Shown here piece after piece: positions 38,309 through 51,215 of a stretch of 64,000 bases of DNA. The notes beneath the pieces were generated by a model. The model was not told where the DNA came from and searched no databases. It saw nothing but the letters and a program-made list of their open reading frames with translations. The DNA is from Heterodontus francisci (taxonomy: Eukaryota), in contig NC_090410.1 in NCBI RefSeq assembly GCF_036365525.1, positions 12,134,062 to 12,198,061 of the forward strand, read 5' to 3'. How positions within the stretch are numbered: the stretch's first letter is position 1; the number at the start of each line of letters is the position of its first letter. The translations under genes and the position numbers were made by a program.

Positions 38309-38746
38309 AGGCATTTAAGGGGAAGATAGATAAACACATGAGGGAGAAAGGAATAGAAGGATCTGTTAAAAAGGGCAAGATGAAGAGGAGTGGGAGGAAG
38401 CTCAGGTGGAACCAGTATGCCAGTTGGACGAAATGGTTTCCGTGCTGCACATTACTTATTTCTAATTGTGATGCAACTAAGGATCATTGGCCCTGACAAA
38501 TCAGTGACTAAATTATTAGATAAATGAGTCAGAAGTGACTGGAATATTGTATGTGTGTTTCGTTCCATGTTAACAGCAAACTGGGAATGGATTAAAATCA
38601 CAGAACTCTGCAAAGAAATCGAAAGAGAAATGGCCAGTTAACAATCGTTAACTTGTCTTTGCTCTTCCAGATTCTGTTCGCTTCCCCCATTTGGAATAAA
38701 ACCTCGTTGAACTGATTGTAAATCCCCTCCCAGTGCCAGCACATAC

Positions 38747-38815
38747 CTGACAGATGGGCAAGAGCAGCAGCAGTAGAGCAGCAGCTGGACAGGGCAAAGG
38801 GCCGATCCAACACAT
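38747..38815 (-). CDS. VEGF/PlGF-family growth factor exon 1 (signal peptide)
   Basis: GCG-ATG MCWIGPLPCPAAALLLLLLPICQ |GTATGT; hydrophobic signal peptide, 69 nt, phase 0 as in VEGFA/PGF exon 1; GC boxes just upstream. Confidence 0.75.
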
Positions 38816-38824
38816 CGCCACAGG

Positions 38825-38935
38825 TCCCTAGGGAAGGACGTGCGGGGCGGAGATGGGTAACTCAGGGCGGAGATGGGTAAGGCAAGGCGTCAAATCAAGA
38901 GGATCAAGTGGGGCAAGGACCTGGGGGCGGGGGAG
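38825..38935 (-). promoter_or_regulatory. GC-box-rich proximal promoter / 5'UTR of the VEGF-family gene
   Basis: Three GGGCGG boxes, a duplicated GGGCGGAGATGGGTAA and an ACGTG core at 38838-38842, all just upstream of the ATG. Confidence 0.45.
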
Positions 38936-38963
38936 AAAAAAAAATCAAATCGTAAATTCAGGT

Positions 38964-39093
38964 AGAGAGAGAAAGGAGAGAAAGAGTAGGAGAGAGACAG
39001 AGAGAGAGAGAGAAAGGAGAGAGAGAGAGAGAGAGAAAGAAAGGAGAGAGAGAGAGAAAGGAGAGAAAGGAGAGAAAGGAGAGAATGGAGAGA
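38964..39093. repeat. GA-rich microsatellite abutting the assembly gap
   Basis: (GA)n and GGAGAGAAA units. Confidence 0.9.
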
Positions 39094-39293
39094 NNNNNNN
39101 NNNNNNNNNNNNNNNNNNNNNNNNNNNNNNNNNNNNNNNNNNNNNNNNNNNNNNNNNNNNNNNNNNNNNNNNNNNNNNNNNNNNNNNNNNNNNNNNNNNN
39201 NNNNNNNNNNNNNNNNNNNNNNNNNNNNNNNNNNNNNNNNNNNNNNNNNNNNNNNNNNNNNNNNNNNNNNNNNNNNNNNNNNNNNNNNNNNNN
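39094..39293. other. Assembly gap (200 N)
   Basis: Run of exactly 200 n, probably a fixed-size scaffolding spacer. Confidence 0.99.
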
Positions 39294-40580
39294 TGCTTCC
39301 ACCGCCTTTTGAGGAAGAGAATTCCAAAGACTCTTCATCTCTGTCTTCAATGGGCAACCCCTTATTTTTGAACAGTGACCCCTAGTTCTAGATTCTCCCA
39401 CAAGGGGAAACATCCTTTCCACATCCACCCCCTCAAGACCCCTCAGGATCTTTTTTGTTTCAATCAAGTCATCTTCTAAATTCCAGCGGATACAAGCCTA
39501 GCCTGTCCAATCTTTCCTCGTAAGACTGTCTGCCCATTCAGGTATTAATCCAGTAAACCTTCACTGTACTGCCTCCAACACATTTACATCCTTCCTTAAA
39601 TAAGGAGACCTGTATTGTACACAGTACTCCAGATGTGGTCTCACCAATGTCCTGTAAAGCTGAAGCATAACCTCCCTACTTTTGTTTTCAATTCCCCTCG
39701 CGATAAACAATAACATTCTATTAGCTTTCCTAATTACTTGCTGTACCTGCATACTAACCTTTTGCTATTCATGCACTAGGACCCCCAGATCCCTCTGCAT
39801 ATCAGAGCTCTGAAATCTCTCACCATTTAGATAATATACTTTTTAATCTTTCTGCCAAGTGGTCAATTTCACGCTTTCCTACATTATACTACATTTGCCA
39901 GGTCTTTGCCCACTCACTTAACCTATCTATATCCCTTTGCAGACCCTTATGTCCTCTTCGCAAGTTACTTTCCTACCTATCTTTGTGTCATCAGCAAATT
40001 TAGCAACCATACCTTCGGTCCCTTCATCCAAGTCATTGATATAAATTGTAAAAAGTTGAGGCCCCAGCACAGATCCCTGTGGCACACCACTCGTTACATC
40101 TTGCCAACCAGAAAATGACCCATTTAAGCCTACTCTCTGTTTCCTGTTAGCTGGCCAGTCTTCTATCCATGCCAGACTTGCAGGTTGATAGGTAAATTGC
40201 CCATTAGCAATTGCCCCTAGTATAGGTACGTGATAGGGAAATATAGGGACAGGTGGGGATGTGGTAGGAATATGGGATTAGTGTAGGATTAGTATAAATG
40301 GGTGGTTGATGGTCGGCACAGACTCAGTGGGCCGAAGGGCCTGTTTTCAGTGCTGTATCTCTAAACTAAAAAACTAAACAATATGTTACCCCCTACACCA
40401 TGAGCTTTTATTTTGAACAATAGCCTTTGATGTGGCACCTTATCAAATGCCTTCTGGAAATCTAAGTACAGTACATCCACCGGTACCCCCTTTATCCACA
40501 GTACATGCAACTCCCTTAAAGAACTCCAATAAATTGGTTAAACATGATTTCCCTTTCACAAAACCATGTTGACTCTGCCT
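39294..40580 (-). mobile_element. CR1 RT fragment of the same subfamily as 32666-38308, interrupted by a SINE 3' part at ~40174-40378
   Basis: QHGFVKGKSCLTNLLEFF and RPHLEYCVQ motifs on the - strand. Confidence 0.88.
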
Positions 40581-40584
40581 CTGC

Positions 40585-41430
40585 CTTCCCCCCCTCCCAA
40601 TGATCCCCCTCTCCCTCTCCCAATGAGCCCCCTCCCCTCCCAATGAGCCACTTCCCCCTTCCTTCTCCCAATGAACCCCCTCCCCCTGTCCTCTCTCTCC
40701 CAATGAATCCCCTCCCCCTCTCCTCTCTCCCAATGAATCCTCTCCCCTCTCCTCCCTCTTCCAATGAACTCCCTCTCCCAATGAACCCACTCCCCTCTCC
40801 TCCCCCTCCCAATGAACCCCCTCCCCTCCCTCCACCAGAGAACCCCCTCCCCTCTCCTCCCTCTCCCAATAAACCCCTCTCCTCCCTTTCCCTTTCCTCC
40901 CTCTCCAATGAACCCCCTCCCCGATCCTCCCTTCCCCCTCTCCTTCCCCTCCAAATGAACCCCTCCCCCTCTCCTCGTTCTCCCCATCTCCCAATGAACC
41001 CCCTTCCCCTCTCCTCCCTCTACCCTCCCCCTCCAATGAACCCCCTTCCCCTCCCACCTACTGAACCCCTTCCGACTAAACCTCCTTCCCCTCCCTCTCC
41101 ACCATTGAGCCCGCTTCCATTCCTCCTCAGTGAATGGCCCCCTCCTCACTAAACCCCTTCCCCCAACAGAGTTCCCTTCACCCATCTCCATCCTCATCCT
41201 TTCCCTCCCACTGAAGCCACTTCCTTCTAAACACCCTCCCCTGCTCCTTTACCCCTTCCCCCTCCTTGTCCTCTCCCTTCCACTGAAGCCCTTCCCTACT
41301 AAACACCCTTCCCTTCCCTCTCCCCCAGTGAACACCCCTCTTCCGCATTAACCCCCGTCCCCTTCCCCCACCGCAAAACCCTCCCTCTCCCAGTTAACCT
41401 GTGCCTCCCCAGTGAACCCCTTCCCCAAAT
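40585..41430. repeat. C/T-rich degenerate minisatellite, unit ~28-30 bp (CCAATGAACCCCCTCCCCTCTCCTCCCTCT)
   Basis: Recurring CCAATGAA(C/T)CCC anchors separated by polypyrimidine. Confidence 0.9.
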
Positions 41431-41834
41431 CCCTGCAGCCAGCTGGGAGTGGACTGGGGAGGTGGGGAATGGGGAGGGGGAGAGGAATGGAGAAGGGGTG
41501 GCGGGATGGGCAGTAGAGAAGATGAGGGAAGAACGGGTGGGGACCCTGCAGTCCAGATGGGGGTGGGAGAAACCTGGGACAACTCAAAGCAGAGTTTAGG
41601 CTAGTTGTGGCCCCCTGGCACTGCCCTGACGAGATGAGGTGCTCCAGGTTCAGTCTGGGTTCAGTATCAAGGCCCAACCTCTATTCCCAGGCTTGGCCAC
41701 GCACCCGTTAACAGCAGAATCTGAGCTGCCTCACACCTAAACTCAGAGAATGTTGTTTTTGAATTCCTCTCATGCCTTGGCAGTCGTGCATTCTGCTCTT
41801 CACATTCCACAGTGTGGACAAGCTTATCAACCTC

Positions 41835-42130
41835 GCCCCTCCCTATCTCTGTAACCTACAACCCTCTGAGATCTCTGCATTCCTCCGATTCTGGCCTCTT
41901 GAGCATCCCCGATTTCCATCGCTCCACCATTGGCGGCCGTAAACTCTGGAACTCCCTCCTAAACCTCTCCGCCTCTCTCTCTCTCTCTCTCTCTCCATTA
42001 CAATGCTCCTTAAAACCTACCTCTTTGACCAAGCTTTTGGTCATTGGTCCTTATGTGCTCAGAATTTGCCTGTTAACGCTCTGAGGATGCACCTTGGGGA
42101 TTTTTTATTACAAAAATGCAAGTTGTTGTT
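41835..42130 (+). mobile_element. L2-type LINE 3' end fragment (related copies ~11710-11960 -, 21590-21910 +, 27755-28030 +)
   Basis: GAGATCTCTGCATTCCTC...CTCTGGAACTCCCTCC...AAAACCTACCTCTTTGACCAAGC. Confidence 0.7.
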
Positions 42131-42639
42131 GTTAAAGGGGCACCGCCTTCTGCTGTGCTCTGGTGCCAATCACCCACCCACAGGGCTGAGCCTGGCTCGC
42201 TGTGTGTTTTGACTCTTCATTTGTCTCTTTGTGCCTTTTTATTATCAGTGGGTGGGTGGATTTCCTGTTGTTTTGTGCTGGAGCTTCCCCTGGGGCACTG
42301 ATCCTGATTTGCTATCTGATGATGCGGGTCTGCAGAAAAACACAAAGAGTCTGCTGGCTGGCACCTGGGCAATCACAGAGTCAATCTGGGTCTCACAAAC
42401 ACAGTAAGCACCCCACCCCCCCCCCACCCCCACACACACACACACATACACACACACACACAGCCTTTTGCTCTCAGTGTAGGATTTTACATCCTGCCCT
42501 GTTCTGAGTGCAGATTATTTTGCAAATCAGATTGGTGTTAAATGCCCAAAAGGAGATTGTGGTTCTGTTCTGCCGACAACCAGCAGTTTCTGTGTTTTTT
42601 CTGCTGCCTTGCGTTGTTAAGAGTGACTCATCTCCGAAT

Positions 42640-43540
42640 TACAAGATTCTGGGTTCAAGACGCACTCTCGAGCTCGAGCACAGCAATCTGTGCTGACCCT
42701 CCAGTGCTGCACTGTCAGACGTGCTGTCTTTTGGAAGAGATATTAAATAGGAGCCCCATCTGTCTGCTTGGGAGGATGTGAGAGATCTCACGGCACTATG
42801 TCGAAGAAGAGCAGGGGCGTTCTTCCACCTGTGTCCAGGTCAATATTTAGTCCCTCGATCAATATCACAAAGGAATACAGATTATCATCTTGCTGTTCGT
42901 GGGAGCTTGCTGAACACAGATTGGCTGCTGTGTTTCCTATGTTACAATAGAGACTACACTTCAAAAGTACTTTATTGGTTATAAATGCTTTGAGACAGCT
43001 GGTGGTTGTTCAGTCCCGTAGTGTCGCCCTCCAGCACAGTAACTGCTGGGAATATTGAGGGAGTGCTGCACTGGCGGAGGTGCAGTCTTTCGGGTTCGGA
43101 TGTTAAACCGAGAGCCCCTGTCTACCCTCTTGGATGCATGTAAAAGAACCCGCGGCTGCTATTTTGAAAAAAGCAGGGTGAGTTCTCCCTGGTGTCCTAG
43201 CCGATGCTCATCCCTCAACCAAAATGACTAAAAACAGATTACCTGGTCATTATCACACATTGCTGTTTGTGGGAGCTTGCTGTGCACAAACAGTCTGCCC
43301 CATTACCCACATTACAACAGTGACTACGCTTCAAAAGCACTCATTGGTTTGTAAAGCACTTTGGGAAGATGTGACGGGCGCTATCGAAATGCAACTACTT
43401 AACAACTTGTTGCTGTCAGCTGTATCTCAGTGGGTAATACTCTCACCTCTGAATCAAAAGGTTACAGGTTCAAGTCCCACTTCAGGCACCTAAACACAAA
43501 ACATATGCTAATGCTCCCATGCAGGGCTAAGGGAGTTTTG
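42640..43540 (+). mobile_element. Cluster of tandem DeuSINE-like copies
   Basis: Repeated GTGGGAGCTTGCTG...GACTACAC(G)CTTCAAAAG cores; further partial copies at ~13500-13660, 47070-47410 and 58490-58660. Confidence 0.72.
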
Positions 43541-44504
43541 AAGAACTTGTGCATTTTAGCTGATCCTATACAAGTCTGTATTGAATTTTACACCCATATA
43601 GATTGAGCCAAAGGCTAAAATTTTAAGCTATTTTCTGGCTCTTCTCCTGTACCTGTCCTGCTCTACAACTGGCCTGGTTTGTCATTGTTGTACCTGCACT
43701 GTGTCTAAGACTGGCCTGTCGCACTACACCACCCCTCCTCCCTCCAGTATGCCACCCCAGCTCTGGCAATCTGAACATACGCATTTGGAACAGGAGTAGG
43801 CCACTCGGCCCCTCGAGCCTGCTCCACCATTCAGTAAGATCATGGCTGATCTGATTGTAACCTCAACTCCACATTCCCACCTACCCCCGATAACCTTTTA
43901 CCCCTTTGCTTATCAAGAATCTATCTACCTCTGCCTTCAAAATGTTCAAAGACTCTGCTACCACTGCCTTCCGAGGAAGAGAGTTCCAAAGACTCACGAT
44001 CCTCTGAGAGAAAACATTTCTCCTCATCTCTGTCTCCACTGCATTCCTGTTTGGCTTTGCCCTGTTCTAAGTTTCAGTTGTTATCTCTCAGCGATGCATT
44101 TGTAAACGGGAGAGATTGCGGTGTCAGATCTCATCGACAAACTTCAGTGCACAGATCAGAGACTGGAGAAAGACGAGGGCTGTTAACACGGAGCTAATTC
44201 AGGGGAACGCGCCAGAGACTGAGAACTGGCTAAACAACTCAACAGGACCGCTGAATTCCGCACTTCTCCCAATTTTAACAGGTCCTGAATTCAGCTCCAT
44301 CAGCAGCCCTGGGAGGGGATCCACCACCTCGTGTGGAAGGCAGGGGGAAAAAAAGTATGCGTGAATACAAGTGAGTGAGACAATGTAAGAGAAAGAGAAT
44401 GCAGGTGACTGAGAATGAGTGAGCATGTGTGAGAAATGAAGGCAGACAAAGCTCAAAACACTCATCAGGCCTGTTTCCCGCTCCACAGGCACTGCGGAAA
44501 TTTA

Positions 44505-44862
44505 TTTTATTTATTTTAATTTTATTTATTTATTGATACAGCACTGTAACAGGCCCTTCGGCCCACCGAGTCTGTGCCAACCAACAACCACCCATTTATA
44601 CTAATCCTACATTAATCCCATATTCCCTACCACATCCCCACCATTCTCCTACCACCTACCTACACGAGGGGCAATTTACAATGACCAATTTACCTATCAA
44701 CCTGCAAGTCTTTGGCTGTGGGAGGAAACCGGGGCACCCGGCGGAAAACCCACGAGGTCGCAGGGAGAGCTTGCAAACTCCGCACAGGAAGTACCCAGAA
44801 CCGAACCCGGGTCGCTGGAGCTGTGAGGCTGCGGTGCTAACCACTGCTCCACTGTGCCGCCC
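44505..44862 (-). mobile_element. HE1/V-SINE-like SINE
   Basis: Same family as 10896-11246. Confidence 0.85.
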
Positions 44863-44889
44863 AGAAAGGGGAAAATATTGCATTCAGCT

Positions 44890-45415
44890 CTGGCGCTGTG
44901 TTTTAGGAGGGATGTGAAGCCATTGGAGAGAGTGCGGAGAAGACTCATGAGAATAATTGCAGGGATGAGGAACTTCATTTACAAAGATAGCTTGGAGACG
45001 TTAGGTCTGTTTACATTGGAGAAGAGAAGGCTGAGAGGAGATTGGATAGAGGTGTTCAAAATCATGAAGGGTCTGGATAGAGTAGATAGGGAGAAACTGT
45101 TCCCACTCGTGAAAGGATCAAGAACGAGAGGGCACAGATTTATGGTAATTGGCAAAAGAAGCAATGACGACACGAGGAAAATCTGTTTTACGCAGGGAGC
45201 GGTTAGGATCTGGAATGTGCTGCCTGAGAGTGTGGTGGAGGCAGATGCAACTGAAGCATTCAGAAGGAAATTAGACAGTTATCTGAAAGGGAAGGATGTG
45301 CAGGGTTACAGGCAGATGGCAGTGGGAGTGGCACTAAGTGAATTGCTCACTTGGAGAGGCAGAGCAGACATGATGGGCCGAATGGCCTCCTTCTGAGCTG
45401 TCGCAACTCTGAGAT
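44890..45415 (+). mobile_element. CR1 3' fragment
   Basis: LERVRRRLMRII...LFTLEKRRLRGDWIEVFKIMKG. Confidence 0.85.
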
Positions 45416-45594
45416 TCTGTGAATATTAGTGAGTGAGAATGAGTGAACAAATAAGTGTGTGTATCTGAGTGAGAGTGACTGGGGTTAACTTTGGATGGTA
45501 GTGTACAACAGGTGATATCAAAGCACCCAATTTTGGGTCCTGGGGCTCGCTTGGCGAGCTGCTGAGACTCCCCAGACATCTCACTGGCAAAGAG

Positions 45595-47037
45595 GATTTC
45601 AAATACCTGCAATGTGGAAAATTGCCCAGGTATGTCCTGGACACAAAAAGCAGGACAAGTCCAACCTGGCCAATTACCGCCCCATCAGCCTACTCTCAAT
45701 CATCAGTAAAGTGATGGAAGGTGTCATCAACAGTGCCATCAAGCAGCACTTGCTTAGCAATAACCTGCTCAGTGACGCTCAGTTTGGGTTCCGCCATGGC
45801 CACTCAGCTCCTGACCTCATTACGGCCTTGATTCAAACATGGACAAAAGAGCTGAACTCAAGAGGTGAGGTCAGAGTGACTGCCCTTGACATCAAGGCAG
45901 CATTTGACCGAGTATGGCATCAAGGAGCCCTGGCAAAACTGGAGTCAATGGGAATCAGGGGGAAAACACTCCGCTGGCTGGAGTCATACCTAGCGCAAAG
46001 GAAGATGGTTGTGGTTGTTGGAGGTCAATCATCTGAGCTCCAGGACATCACTGCAGGAGTTCCTCAGGGTAGCGTCCTAGGCCCAACCATCTTCAGCTGC
46101 TTCATCAATGACCTTCCTTCAATCATAAGGTCAGAAGTGCGGATGTTTGCTGATGATTGCATAATGTTCAGCACCATTCGTGACTCCTCAGATACTGAAG
46201 CAGTCCGTGTAGAAATGCAGCAAGACCTGGACAATATCCAGGCTTGGGCTGATAAGTGGCAAGTAACATTCACGCCACACAAGTGACCATCTCCAACAAG
46301 AGAGAATCTAACCATCTCCCCTTGACATTCAATGGCATTACCATTGCTGAATCCCCCACAATCAACATCCTAGGGGCCACTATTGACCAGAAACTGAACT
46401 GGAGTAGCCATATAAATCCCGTGGCTACAAGAGCAGGTCAGAGGCTAGGAATCCTGCGGTGAGTAACTCACCTCCTGACTCCCCAAAGCCTGTCCACCAT
46501 CTACAAGGCACAAGTCAGGAGTGTGATGGAATACTCTCCACTTGCCTGGATGGGTACAGCTCCAACAACACTCAAGAAGATCGACACCATCCAGGACAAA
46601 GCAGCCCGCTTGATTGGCACCCCATCTACAAACATTCACTCCCTCCACCACCGACGCTCAGTGGCAGCAGTGTGTACCATCTACAAGATGCACTGCAGCA
46701 ATGCACCAAGGCTCCTTAGACAGCACCTTCCAAACCCGCGACCTCGACCAACTAGAAGGACAAGGGCAGCAAATGCATGGGAACCCCACCACCTGCAAGT
46801 TCCCCTCCAAGCCACACACCATCCTGACTTGGAACTATATCGCCGTTCCTTCACTGTCGCTGGGTCAAAATCCTGGAACTCCCTTCCCAACAGCACTGTG
46901 GGTGTACCTACCTCACGTGGACTGCAGCGGTTCAAGAAGGCAGCTCCCCACCACCTTCTCAAGGGCAATTAGGGATAGGAAATAAATGCTGGCCTGGCCA
47001 GCAACGCCCACATCCCATGAATGAATAAAAAAAAAAT
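45595..47037 (+). mobile_element. 5'-truncated non-LTR retrotransposon (CR1/L2 superclade, distinct family): RT region with ATGA repeats and A tail
   Basis: [45 protein letters not shown]; ends CCCATGAATGAATAAAAAAAAA. Confidence 0.92.
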
Positions 47038-48229
47038 TCGGGCCACTATGTTACCTGCTGTTTCAGCTACAGCTCAATTGGTATGTCTCTACCCTCTAAG
47101 TCAGTGCTGCACTATGACACTGTATTTTGGATGAGGCCCTGTCTGCCCTGTCAAGTGGAAGTAAAAGATCCCAAGGCGTTATTTTGAAGAGGAGCAGGGG
47201 TGTTCACATTATATTTATTCTTGAACCAATATCACAAAAGAAACCCCCAGATAACCTGGTCATTGTCACATTGCTGTTTGTGGGATTTTCTGTGCGTAAA
47301 TTGGCTGTTGTGCACATTGTAACAATGACTACACTTCAAAAAGTATTTCATTAGCTGTAAAGCTCTTTGTGACGTCCTGAGATTGTGGAAGACGCTATAG
47401 AAATGAAAGACTCTTTCTTTATGGTCCGTTGCTTGGGTCATGTTTTCCTGAATGTAGTCATTTGGGCACATTCAAAGAGGGCCTCAAATAGGTGTTGGAC
47501 CCCCTATTTGCATTTGTCAAAGGCCTAACTTTCTGCCTTTACCAATATGGCCCTTGGCCCTCTTCCTGCACATTATTGGATACTCAGTCACTCGTTTTGC
47601 ACCTGAAAGATGTCTGGGCCACAAGGTCAGGAAAGGTCACGTATGGTTTCTAGTCTGTCCCTTACTTAACTGATTTCAGCCTGATTGCAGTCCGGGATAC
47701 ACTGACAGTGCATTGCGTTAATGGAAGGAATTATGAGCCGGGGTGCGTGGATGTTGGATAATGACAGGACTGGGATCTGTTGTGATGCCCTACCAGAGCC
47801 AAATGTCCTGTCAATAGGCACTGTCCGAACATGAGGAATGACCATTTGGGTGACACCCTTGGAAGCCCCAGTGAGTAGAACCCCCTACCCACTGAGGGAG
47901 ACAGAGGGGATTGTTATTGGGCCTAATGATCAAATGAGGGAAAACAACTTCATATAAGCAGCTTTGTGCAAAATAGTCAATGAGTGATATTCTGCCTCAA
48001 ACAGACTGACAGCTGGGAAAGTGAGCTGTATGCCCATTTGCTGTCACTAGATGGCAGAAGAGGCCAAGTTTAACCAGAGTCCACTGTAAGATACAATGTA
48101 CATGTCACAGCTTTTGTTCATTCACCCAGTAGGGTTATTCATAGTAGGGTTGCCAACTCTGGTTGAAAGTATTCCTGGAGATGTCATCACATGACCTCTT
48201 GTCTCCAAACTCTCTACCCCACACTCCTG

Positions 48230-48700
48230 TAGAGTGTATGCTTTAGCAATGCAAAGCATTGGTTAGACCACAGCGAGGCAGTTCTGGGCACCACACCTTA
48301 GGAGGGATATATTAGCCTTAGAGAGAGTGCAGTTAAAGAGTTAAATTAAGAGGAGAGATTACACAAAACAAGGGTTGTATTCCCTGGAATTTAGAAGGTT
48401 AAGGGGGTGATTTAACAAAGTCTAAGATACAGAACAGATAGGGTAAATAGAGAAACAATTTCCACAGATTTGAGAGTGCAAGACTAGGGGGCCAGACTTT
48501 TCAGGAATGAAATTCAGAAACACTTCTACCCACAAAAGGGTGGTCAGTGTTTGGAATTCTTCTGCAAACAATTAATTGCTAATGTTATAACTGAGATTTC
48601 AGTCATCCAGGAGGTATTACAGGTAGATGCAGTTATGTTGCAGATCAGCTATGCTCTAATTGAATGAGAGAACCATCAAATTTGACTCATCAAATGCCTC
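48230..48700 (+). mobile_element. Highly degenerate CR1 3' fragment
   Basis: Similar to the 62475-63020 copy. Confidence 0.65.
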
Positions 48701-49495
48701 CTCTTGTATCCATGTTGTGTTTTTGGTTACACCAGGAGAAGTGGGGTGGGGGCAAGGAAAGAGAAGGACAGGTCAAGAAAATACAAAAACTCCCCCCACC
48801 CCCACTGAGTCCCAACACTATGTCCCAATCTCCTGGAGCGTCTCTTGCACCCATCCTGATCCAGTCACCCCTCCACCAGCCAGTCTGTCACTCCATTTAA
48901 AATGTGCTGTCTTCCTGGATTATGAGCAGCACCCGGGAGACTCAAGTCCCAATACAGATGCACAACACATTGCCCCAAATACTCCCAGGGCAGGTACAGC
49001 ATGCGTTAGAGTAAATCTCCTTCTACTGGTGCTTCCTTGCTGCATCAGGAAGCCTGTGCACTCCGATTATAGTTGGTGTAGGAACAGATTTGATTGCCCC
49101 AAACTCACGCTGTGTGGGCCCACCACTCACTGTCTCTCTTTTCTCTCTCTCTCTCTCTTCCCCCACCCCCATGTCAGTCTGGACAGGATTTGAATCTAGA
49201 ACCTGGACCCACACCCACTACTGAAATTCTTCCACTTCTGAAGCAAGCCCTTGTGATGTTGGTTCTCATTACCTTGTTAGCTGTTTTATTAATGAGAAAA
49301 ACACCTTTGAAATTAGCATCAATGGTTCCTTTATTAACACATAGTAAAACATTGCAGATTTCATTTCATGCAGGTTATTGATCCAACAAACTCAAATGTC
49401 ACCTTGTAACAGGAGCAAAATATTCATAAATATCAAAATAAATCTCATTTTCACAAAGTGCATAAAACACTGGTGGATATAGGGCATGATAAAGT

Positions 49496-49687
49496 AGAGA
49501 GGGAGACAGAGAGGGAGACAGAGAGGGAGACAGAGAGGGAGACAGAGAGGGAGACAGAGAGGGAGACAGAGAGGGAGACAGAGAGGGAGACAGAGAGGGA
49601 GACAGAGAGGGAGACAGAGAGGGAGACAGAGAGGGAGACAGAGAGGGAGACAGAGAGGGAGACAGAGAGGGAGACAGAGAGGGAGAC
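49496..49687. repeat. (AGAGAGGGAGAC)16 perfect 12-bp repeat
   Basis: Direct inspection. Confidence 0.95.
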
Positions 49688-51215
49688 TCTTGCAACATGA
49701 TTAGAATTACTAAATTGTTCAGGATTGTAATGTGTGGCTCAATAACCAGTTTCACTTAAAAATATGGACTCCTGCCCTCCCCTGCCAGAAACTCTGGAAT
49801 GCATGGGTTGGAGGAGGAGGCAGTTACAGTGAATGTTCTTGACTGAATTGGTTTCTTTATTTCATGCCCAGTTATCCAGCAGGTCCTGCTTGATCCCACC
49901 AATGGCTTCGCTAGAGAGAAGGATCTGATTTCACTAGTCCAATCTCCCAGAGTGGTGACAGGTTTGAGAGCAACAATTAGAGCAAAAAAAAAAGACAATG
50001 CAAGGACACTGATTAGTATCCAACTGCAGGTCCTGATCCCATCCCTTGTGGGAGGCTGCATATAAAAGGTTCAATTACTCTTTTCCCCCTACCCCACGGT
50101 GTTTCCCTCCCAAATAAAGGAGGCAGCTAATTTCCTTCAAAAGGCCTCTGCCAGGGACAGGCAGCTGACCAGATCCCAGACAACTCACTTCCCACAGCAA
50201 GAGCTTAGAATGTAAAATCCATATCCCAACAGTCTGGATAATCTGCCATTCAGGGGCGGATGGTCACAGTGAGCAACCTGCAAACCACTAAAACAAATGT
50301 CTATGGTTTAACTGTTGAGTGAGCTCAGTTCATTTAGATACTGGTAAAGTTAATGGCAACCGTTATAAGAAATGGGAGCATGAGTAGGCCATTCAGCCCA
50401 ATCACACAGCTGATCTCCTTCAATACCATTTCCCCCACACTATCCGTTGATGTTTTTAATGTATCTAGAAATCAGTCGATCTCAATCTTGAACATACTCA
50501 AAGATGGAGCCTCCATAGCCCTTTGGGGCAGAGAATTCTAAAGATTCGCCACCCTCTGAGTGAAGAAATTCCTCCTCAGTCCTTGGGTGATGGAATTGTT
50601 GGACACCCCTCCCAACCAACCAAAAATCTAATTCTTACTCTCAAATCTGCCTTAAAGGCCATTGTAATGCCACAAAATATACACACACCTTTACAGTCAC
50701 AAATCCAGAAACAGATTTCAATATTTTTTCTCAAATAATTACGATAGAATATCCAAAAACCTACCATGAATATAGTCACAGTACAAGACACAGGAACAAA
50801 GAGTTTACAATCTTCTGCAGTAACACAGTCTGAGATCACCCCGTGTCACAGTAAATATCAGATCTCTGTTTGAAATGTTAGCTGGTATCCATGCAGTTTT
50901 TTTTGGACATATTTTTGTAACATTGTTTTTAAAAAGCTTTATGTCCTCAGTAACTAGCGCTTAAAACTAGACACTATTCATAAACTAACACTTGATAAGC
51001 TGTGGCAGTTTGAAGCAAATTGTTCTCACACCAAGACTAAACAGAAAATTTAATTTAAAAAAAAAAATGGAATGGGTCAGTAGTTTCGTATACAAGACTG
51101 CCTGGCACAGAACAAGCTAGTCGTGGACATGTCCCCCTCGGAGAATCTTTTCACAAAACAGTAAGATTTATGATGGCTCCAGACATTTTGCAGTAGGTTC
51201 GGAGTTCAAATCAGG

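Noticed and set aside
40443-41351. Long Gly/Arg/Glu-rich and Pro-rich ORFs
   Set aside because: Low-complexity minisatellite artefacts.
49399-49755. SPSL and ERET repeat ORFs
   Set aside because: Translation of the 12-bp microsatellite.
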